Of a DNA stretch of 64,000 nucleotides, positions 57,517-64,000 are shown in pieces; position 1 is the first letter of the stretch, and the number at the start of each line of letters is the position of its first letter. The position numbers were made by a program, and so were the translations under genes. The notes beneath the pieces are model-generated. The model worked only from the letters and a program-made list of their open reading frames with translations, had not been told where the DNA came from and ran no database searches. The stretch lies in NCBI GenBank assembly GCA_019057815.1, contig JAHLWR010000003.1:69248-133247 (forward strand). The letters run 5' to 3'. The stretch is from Candidatus Heimdallarchaeota archaeon. GTDB lineage: Archaea > Asgardarchaeota > Heimdallarchaeia > Heimdallarchaeales > Heimdallarchaeaceae.

Positions 57517-58500
57517 GTGTTATACTTGAAATTTAAAGAAAAAATAGCAAACTTACAAAAAAAACAAATAATTTATGGAATTTTAATTCTAGTTTTCTTA
57601 ACTGTCTTCATAATCTATTTAGTTAGTCGATTTGTTGATGATACTTTTGTCGAGGTTATTTTTGATAATCTTAAAGGTGAATCTGAAGTAATTTACAAGG
57701 ATTTTCTGAAAGCATATGTTGATTCATTTTTCATTTATGCTACTTGTCTAATTGCTATAATGTGGATAATGAATTTTATTCTCCGAACAGTTAAAAAGAG
57801 AGTCTCACCCGATTTTCACAACGCAATACGAGTAATTATAAGAGTCACTGTAATACCTTTTTTTATTATAGCATATCTGAATAAATTTCCTGCATTTACT
57901 GGAGCCATAATTGGAGTAGCTGCAACGATAGGTATAGCTTTTGGTTTAGCAGCTTCTAGATATGTTAGTGATTTAATAACTGGTCTCTACATTCTTTTCA
58001 GTAAACATCATAATATTGGGGATTACTTAATCATACCATCTTTAAATATTGAGGGAATTGTACAAGAAATTTCAATTAACTATTTAATTATTCTCCAACC
58101 GGGTGGAACTACCTCTGTAATCCCAAACAACAAGTTGAAAGATCAAGATATCATTAATATCACTGTCGTAAAAGAGGAAAAAAGTAGAGATGGTATTTCA
58201 CAATTGATAATGTATGGTAAAAAAGTTTCAGAAGTTCAATATATCTATCCATTAAAATGGGCGTGCAACTCCGATGACTCCCATGAAATGATTGCAAAAG
58301 CTATTGAAGAAACTGGGGATGATTTCAAAGACTTTCTTGAAGATAAGGTAAACTGGCACATTTCAAAGAGAAATAGATTAGACCGTGAATACACTATTAT
58401 GTTAACTGTAATTGATTCTAAATCTCTACTTGCTTTAGTTCCCAAATTCACTAAAACTCTGGAAGAAAATTATGAAAAACTAAAGAACAAAAAAAGGTGA
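57517..58500 (+). CDS. MscS-family small-conductance mechanosensitive channel.
   Basis: 3 TM helices followed by the conserved pore/beta domain ...GLAASRYVSDLITGLYILFSKHHNIGDYL...GIVQEISINYLIIL... Confidence 0.65.
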   Translation: MLYLKFKEKIANLQKKQIIYGILILVFLTVFIIYLVSRFVDDTFVEVIFDNLKGESEVIYKDFLKAYVDSFFIYATCLIAIMWIMNFILRTVKKRVSPDFHNAIRVIIRVTVIPFFIIAYLNKFPAFTGAIIGVAATIGIAFGLAASRYVSDLITGLYILFSKHHNIGDYLIIPSLNIEGIVQEISINYLIILQPGGTTSVIPNNKLKDQDIINITVVKEEKSRDGISQLIMYGKKVSEVQYIYPLKWACNSDDSHEMIAKAIEETGDDFKDFLEDKVNWHISKRNRLDREYTIMLTVIDSKSLLALVPKFTKTLEENYEKLKNKKR

Positions 58501-58539
58501 ACTTCTTTCCCTTTTTCTTTGAAAGTCAATAAGATTCGA

Positions 58540-59097
58540 TTAAAACCTCAACTCACTTAAGAATTTTCGTATATTCTTCTTTCTTCTAAGAATAACAACG
58601 CTTTCTTTACTCAATATTTGACTTATTTCTTCTAGTAGTTTCTTATATCCTCGTTTTTTGAATCTAAATGCATATTTTGCTAGTTCAACAAAACTCTTGA
58701 AAAAATACTCTTTATTTTCATTTTCCTCTATACGTGATGGAAGACGAGAAATTTTTCCTAATCTTATTTTTGTACTTCTTCCCAAAGTACGCACAAGAAG
58801 CCTCCATAGTATTAGAAGTAAAGGTGGATTTAGTATTATAGCGTGAGTGACTCTATCTAATATCCTTTCTCGGACTTTCGAATAATTCCCATCAATAATC
58901 CATTTCTTATCTGTAGTTATATCCTTAACTTGATTCTGAAAAATTTCTGCAGGAGCCATTTTCCATTCAGCTTCCCAGAAAAGGTCATCTAGGTGATAAA
59001 CAGGAATATCTAAGAGATCAGATAAAATTATTGCGAATGTTGATTTCCCAGAACAAGTACTTCCAAAAACTGCTATTCTATCCATTCTCCTAGTCAC
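58540..59097 (-). CDS. P-loop nucleotide kinase of the FlaR/topology-modulation (adenylate-kinase-like) family.
   Basis: Walker A IAVFGSTCSGKST...HLDDLFW. 185 aa. Confidence 0.5.
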   Translation of the reverse strand: MTRRMDRIAVFGSTCSGKSTFAIILSDLLDIPVYHLDDLFWEAEWKMAPAEIFQNQVKDITTDKKWIIDGNYSKVRERILDRVTHAIILNPPLLLILWRLLVRTLGRSTKIRLGKISRLPSRIEENENKEYFFKSFVELAKYAFRFKKRGYKKLLEEISQILSKESVVILRRKKNIRKFLSELRF

Positions 59098-59461
59098 TAG
59101 AGATACAATAATGAGTGGGTTAATAACTATTTTTTAAAGATAAAAAGGAATTAGGAAGATGTTTAGAGTTTTATTAAGTTGATTTCTACTTTCTTCTTTG
59201 ATACTCCTAGCTTATTACAACTACCAGCCACACCAGAAAAAATCCTAAACCAATGATTGAAGAAACTTCTTGAAGATATACTTTCAAGTATGTTGATTAG
59301 CTAATGAGACAAATAAAGTGTTGTTTTGCAAGTATTAAACAAAATAAAACAGTTAAAAAACAGAGATTATTTTGAAGAACATCTTTTTAGTCCCACAAAA
59401 TTTATTCCAATTTTATCTTGGATTAAAGAAAATTTTATCGCTTAATTATAAACAGTAATTA

Positions 59462-59659
59462 TTATACTTGTTTTACATTAGTTGCTTGATTTCCTCTATC
59501 GGTTTCTTCAATATCGAATTCAACTTCGTTCCCTTCTTTAAGGTCATCAAATTCACCTGTGAATCCGGAACGATGGAAGAAGAGATCTTTTTCTTCTCCT
59601 TCAACAGTGATAAAACCGTAATTTCTATCTGAATATATTCTTTTTACAGTTCCTTTCAT
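59462..59659 (-). CDS. csp: Cold-shock domain protein (CspA-like).
   Basis: 65 aa. KGTVKRIYSDRNYGFI (RNP1-like), FFHRSGF (RNP2-like). Confidence 0.8.
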   Translation of the reverse strand: MKGTVKRIYSDRNYGFITVEGEEKDLFFHRSGFTGEFDDLKEGNEVEFDIEETDRGNQATNVKQV

Positions 59660-60033
59660 GTTATTAACTCCTATTATTTATTTTTGTAACTAGTTTGAAT
59701 CTTTGTGAGATTCAACCTCTAACTAAAAACTCGCTAATCAGATTTTATTTAATATTCTACTGAACAAAACAAAAATCTAACTAAATAATTTTTAATTGTC
59801 AAAGAAGGTTAGAATGATATCCTAATAAACTATGTGATTAAGACAAATTAACTAAAGTAATTCTACAGCCTTGTATTCCTTGTAAGAACACATAATGGAT
59901 ATTGTAACTCATTCTCTGAAGTTTCTCGTCTTTTTGAGTTTTTTCATATAACTTCTCTCTTGGGGGAAATTTTCTGATTACTATAGTTATTTTAACAGAG
60001 AAAGAATTTTAATTAACCAATCTTACAAGTAAG

Positions 60034-61281
60034 ATGTGCATGATTAAGATAAGAAAGAATGCGATGAAATTTTGTTTTTTATCATTTGTATTAACATTAT
60101 CTATTTGTTTAAATTCAGACAATCTAAAAATATCGGATAGTGTTTCCATAAATGTGTCTGCTTTCACAAATATTCCTAAAATTATTATTGCATCAAATGA
60201 AGACTTCCAGAACTATAATTTCTCTGGCGTAGGAAGCTATGATAATCCTTACATTATAAATGGATATGAGATATTAGACAGTGGGATAGGCATCACTATT
60301 AGTAATACTACTGAAAATTTTGTCGTTTCTAACTGCAAAATCGAAAGTGTTTCTTCAGGTTATGGTATCTTCATCTACGATGTAAGTTCAAATTTCAGCA
60401 TTGAAGGGTGCCTTATTAGTACTCAATATGAATGTATTAAAGTTTTCAACGTTACAGCAGCTAATGTTAAAATAAACGCTAATACAGTCGGTAACAATGG
60501 AATTTCTGTGACATCAGGTATTCATGTGAAAAACTCCTCATTAATTACAATTTCTGGCAACTATTGTGAAAGAAATGCAAATGGAATCTTTGTTGAAATG
60601 TCTCATAACACTGTGATCGAAAACAACAGATGTCTAGATTCAACAATAAGAGTTGTCAGTTCAAATCTGACAACAATTGTCGATAACAGGTGTTTTAAGC
60701 TTTCAATTGCTTATTGCCACTTCTCATCGATTAACAATAACCTCTGTGATGGTAAAGAGACAATTAGTAATATTGTCTATATTGAACATAGTTCAAATCT
60801 CAACATTACAGATAATACTATCATCAACAGCTGGCAACTTGGATTTATGGGATTTTATCTAGAAGACAGTCTAATAATATCAAATGTTTTTCAAGATAAC
60901 CGTCAATATGGGCTTGCTCTGTTTTATGGTCCATATTATGAAGACATAGGTCACAATATCATATATCTGAACTCGTTCTATCATAACAGTTATGAGGATG
61001 AAGTTTATGATTCGAACTCGCAAGCGTTCGATTATGGCAATAACACTTGGTATAATGAAGAAACAAGTGAGGGGAATTATTGGTCAGACAGGGATAATGG
61101 AGAAACCTATTCCATAGATGGTATCAGTAACGCTTATGACCTCTTTCCATTAGATAAACCTTCTAAACCCAAATATTCTGGATCTTTCCAATTAATGGTC
61201 TTTACTATAATAGGGCTTTTATCGATTGTTTTATGTAGAAAAAATAAAAAAGAACAAAAGAAAAAAAGGTATAGTGTCTAG
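60034..61281 (+). CDS. Secreted/surface right-handed parallel beta-helix repeat protein with a C-terminal TM anchor and basic tail.
   Basis: N-terminal signal peptide; repeated ~22-aa units rich in N/S/G/I (…ISGNYCERNANGIFVEMSHNTVIENNRC…); C-terminal FTIIGLLSIVLCRKNKKEQKKKR. Confidence 0.5.
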   Translation: MCMIKIRKNAMKFCFLSFVLTLSICLNSDNLKISDSVSINVSAFTNIPKIIIASNEDFQNYNFSGVGSYDNPYIINGYEILDSGIGITISNTTENFVVSNCKIESVSSGYGIFIYDVSSNFSIEGCLISTQYECIKVFNVTAANVKINANTVGNNGISVTSGIHVKNSSLITISGNYCERNANGIFVEMSHNTVIENNRCLDSTIRVVSSNLTTIVDNRCFKLSIAYCHFSSINNNLCDGKETISNIVYIEHSSNLNITDNTIINSWQLGFMGFYLEDSLIISNVFQDNRQYGLALFYGPYYEDIGHNIIYLNSFYHNSYEDEVYDSNSQAFDYGNNTWYNEETSEGNYWSDRDNGETYSIDGISNAYDLFPLDKPSKPKYSGSFQLMVFTIIGLLSIVLCRKNKKEQKKKRYSV

Positions 61282-61304
61282 CTATAATTCACCCTTCTTT
61301 ATTC

Positions 61305-61802
61305 TTATAATGCTGCCCATTTAGCGAAGAAGAACAAGAATATTATTCCACCTGCTAGAATGATCAAACCATTCGTCAATAGAAACATGAAAGATGCGGT
61401 ACCATTCATTGTTTTTCTTCCTTTTTCATTCTTCCACCAAAAATGGACAAGCGCTGATCCTTCCCAACCTTTTGGAAACAAATCAAGAAAGAGATGTGAT
61501 GCATGCCCTATTAGATACATGGCAAAGATGGGTAAAAGAAATCTCATTTCTGTTGTCATAAAATAAATAGGAATGGTTAACAAAGCAGGAAGAATAAAAG
61601 AATGTGTAAGAATATTCCTATGAGGTAATAGTTTTTTCCATAAAATATCATAATCTGGTAATTGTGCACCAAATTGGCTTGAGAAGAAGGATAACATTAT
61701 CCAGATAGAGTATTCAGTCAGTAATTCTCCGAACCAATAATAAAATCCAATTATTAAAACCCAAAATAACGCTCCACCAATTATATGTCCTTTTCTATTC
61801 AT
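61305..61802 (-). CDS. YdjM-like membrane-bound metal-dependent hydrolase, paralog 3 (start set at the internal Met).
   Basis: ...QLPDYDIL...HRNILTHSF...HASHLFLDLFPKGW. Confidence 0.4.
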   Translation of the reverse strand: MNRKGHIIGGALFWVLIIGFYYWFGELLTEYSIWIMLSFFSSQFGAQLPDYDILWKKLLPHRNILTHSFILPALLTIPIYFMTTEMRFLLPIFAMYLIGHASHLFLDLFPKGWEGSALVHFWWKNEKGRKTMNGTASFMFLLTNGLIILAGGIIFLFFFAKWAAL

Positions 61803-62000
61803 AATATCACCTATGATATTGCATACTATTACAAGTTTATTTTTAAAGACTACTATGCAAAATCGTGAAATATTCTCGATTAGGTAATAAAAACTCAAGA
61901 ATGCATGAAACTTTAAATTTTCATATCTCCCTATATTTTTCCTTTTAGTAAAACCTTAAAAATCTGTTTTAAATCTTTAAACATAAATATTTAATACCTA

Positions 62001-63452
62001 TTGCGCAAATATAACTATCTAGAGGTTTTTACCTATCTTTGGTGGACAAATATGACAGAATTTCAACTTTCATTAATTACTGCATCTGGGCTCTTATTGG
62101 CCTCAAAACCTGAGTCTATTGACGAAACAAAGCAAATACTTGCTACTGGATTGATGACTGCCTTACTTTCTTTTTCAGAAGAAGTTCATCATAGAGAATT
62201 ACAATCTGTCTCATTCCATGACAGATTAGTATCATTCATAAGAATTAATGGTTTCATTCTAATTGTTGAAGCTGTTTCAGATGAAAGTGAACTTTCGATT
62301 ATTGTCATAAATCAGATTCTCGAAAAAATTAAGCAGTCTATGAAAAATCTTCTGGAAGGAGCAGATTCAGAGTTATTATCAGAAGGAGAAGCTGCACTAA
62401 TACTTGAACAATGTACGTTTGATATCCGGAATTTAAAACTCAAACTCACAGATAAACCATTCAACAAAGCCGAAATCTCCACTTTTACAATTATTCACTC
62501 TGATAAAAAATGGGAAATAGAAAAAATAAAGGGTGAAGGACCCCAAATTTCAGATGTGGCACAAATTTTAGATGCTCACAAAGTAAGTCAAACATCTCAA
62601 GGTTCATTGTTTCCGTTTATAGCACTTTTTCCTGAACAAAAATATGTAACTTGTAATATAGCTTATCCAGTTGGCAACAAAACAGGTGTAGGTGTTTTGA
62701 AGTTTCCCAACTTGCTTGACCATACATTGTTTAGACTTTTTCCAGTTTTAGAGAAACGATTGGCTGAAATGTCAACTCAAAAGATTGAATTCAATATTGA
62801 TGATATTCTAGAAGAAATAAAAGAGATTGAGGATACAGGTAATCGATTATCTTTACTAAAAAAGGATAGTTTATCACCATCATTATTGTCAATTGTTGGG
62901 GGTAGAAATATAGGTAAAGCAATATATTCAGCAGTTATAGGCGAACCTATTTCTATTATTGGAGATAAACCTTCTGTGAAAATTATTATTGACACTCTAT
63001 CGATATTCTGCCAACATCAAAAAATAAACGTAGACGAATGGGTTGTCGAAGAGTTGAGGAAAAAAGACAAATATAAATTAGAGGCTAGATTACATGGTAT
63101 GTCTCAAAAAACCTATGATTCGCTATTAGAGCAAAAAATAGTAAAAAAGAAGATGACATCAATGAATTTAGAATCAGCCAAAGTAACTGGAGCAAAAACA
63201 AGTCACTATTTCAAGAAAATTTTTGATGATAACAAACAAGAGAGCATTTCAAAGCTGTCAAGTGTAATAGGTAAAGAACTTGAAAATCTTGTTTCAATGT
63301 CCCTTATAATAACTTCTTTCTCTCTTGAAAGTATAAGCGACGGAAAGGAAAAACTAAAAGAACTCGAACTAAACACGAAAAGTCCATTTCTTTTTCAGAA
63401 AGCATTGCTTTTAGCTGTCTCTAGAAACAAACTACTTAAGAATCTTCTTTAA
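62001..63452 (+). CDS. Protein with an N-terminal roadblock/LC7 (MglB-like) domain and a ~370-aa uncharacterised C-terminal extension.
   Basis: LSLITASGLLLASKPESIDETKQILATGLMTALLSFSEEVHH...RLVSFIRINGFILIVEAVSDES fits the roadblock beta-alpha-beta-beta-alpha pattern. Confidence 0.35.
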   Translation: MRKYNYLEVFTYLWWTNMTEFQLSLITASGLLLASKPESIDETKQILATGLMTALLSFSEEVHHRELQSVSFHDRLVSFIRINGFILIVEAVSDESELSIIVINQILEKIKQSMKNLLEGADSELLSEGEAALILEQCTFDIRNLKLKLTDKPFNKAEISTFTIIHSDKKWEIEKIKGEGPQISDVAQILDAHKVSQTSQGSLFPFIALFPEQKYVTCNIAYPVGNKTGVGVLKFPNLLDHTLFRLFPVLEKRLAEMSTQKIEFNIDDILEEIKEIEDTGNRLSLLKKDSLSPSLLSIVGGRNIGKAIYSAVIGEPISIIGDKPSVKIIIDTLSIFCQHQKINVDEWVVEELRKKDKYKLEARLHGMSQKTYDSLLEQKIVKKKMTSMNLESAKVTGAKTSHYFKKIFDDNKQESISKLSSVIGKELENLVSMSLIITSFSLESISDGKEKLKELELNTKSPFLFQKALLLAVSRNKLLKNLL

Positions 63453-64000
63453 TCATTGTTTAATAGTTGTAATTAATTGGATGTTTGTTTTAAGGTCTAC
63501 TTTCAAAAAGGGAGACTCTTTTAAAAGATACCTTATTATTAGATATCTCTTATAACACCATTTCGTACTTATGCATTTCTAGGGATTATCTGAGTTACAA
63601 TAGCTACTATATCGACCTTCCTTCAATTCTTATATATTCTTCTATTTTACTTCTGCTTAAACTGTATTAACTTCGCATGTCCTCTTAATCGTGTTTCAAA
63701 AGAAGTAAGAGTGAAATATATGGAAAAAAATCCTAAAATAAAGGAAGCTTGGGAAAAAGCTAACTTAAAAGGATAGAATCAGCTGAGATTTTATCTAGTC
63801 TGTAAGTTGACTTTAGTTATGATAAGCATTTTTAAAAGCTATTTTATAGTAATTTAATCTAATTTATGCATTGCAAATAAATTAAACAATAAACATTTAA
63901 AGTAAAAGTGATATACTCACTATGGACTAAGTAATGGAGATTTCTGTATGGGTCAAACATTCTTATGTAAAGTTAATGCAAATGTGATTATGGTATTGTT

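Noticed and set aside
1-64000. tRNA/rRNA/SRP/RNase P RNA genes and CRISPR arrays
   Set aside because: I scanned all intergenic regions longer than 100 bp for GC-rich islands, cloverleaf-like segments or regularly spaced repeats. None were seen, and every intergenic stretch is uniformly AT-rich.

Overview
This is a very AT-rich (roughly 30% GC) archaeal chromosomal window. Genes start with ATG, GTG or TTG, are preceded by AGGTGA/GGAGGT Shine-Dalgarno sites, and several starts overlap the previous stop as ATGA. The lineage call rests on indirect evidence: a Rab-like small GTPase, roadblock/LC7-like domains, two inteins and a cold-shock protein suggest an Asgard-like (Loki-type) archaeon. I could not run any search, so this is inference only.

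Main content, by position:
- **Replication/repair block (6.5-18.2 kb), all on the minus strand:** MCM carrying a 655-aa LAGLIDADG intein, then Hel308, a Gins23-like GINS subunit, CTP synthase, NurA, HerA and an Sm-like protein.
- **Housekeeping genes:** DRG GTPase, RIO2 kinase plus a DUF460/COG2433 RNase-H-fold protein, a MoxR AAA+ / VWA pair, an HDAC-family deacetylase, a CDP-archaeol-synthase-like protein, deoxyhypusine synthase, rhodanese, peptidase T, flavodoxin, GrpB, MscS, cold-shock protein and two MFS transporters.
- **2-oxoacid:ferredoxin oxidoreductase operon** (gamma-delta-alpha-beta). Its beta subunit carries a second intein, and its gamma gene is tandemly duplicated with about 500 bp of identical DNA.
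- **Tandem FtsX-like permeases** of about 890 aa each, followed by an ABC ATPase.

The parts most worth a second look:
- **Cassette-like hotspot (21.58-25.4 kb).** Three direct copies of a roughly 90-bp repeat derived from the 3' end and flank of an MFS gene bound two single-gene cassettes. One carries a zinc-ribbon membrane protein; the other a HEPN-like (Rx4H) protein. The MFS gene they sit beside is truncated.
- **Co-directional trio (27.26-29.06 kb):** a cysteine-rich small protein, a KaiC/RecA-like protein with a destroyed Walker A motif, and a Rab-like GTPase in which the catalytic switch-II Gln is His.
- **Second repeat-bounded insertion.** 194-bp direct repeats of the grpB 3' end flank a membrane ORF and a fumarase C-terminal remnant. 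Both repeat pairs (this one and the R1/R2 pair in the cassette hotspot) are spaced exactly 1441 bp apart.
- **Other oddities:** an orphan Eco57I-family N6-adenine methyltransferase, a frameshifted alpha/beta-hydrolase, three YdjM-like membrane hydrolase paralogs, and a roadblock-like domain fused to a long C-terminal extension.

I saw no tRNA, rRNA or CRISPR array.
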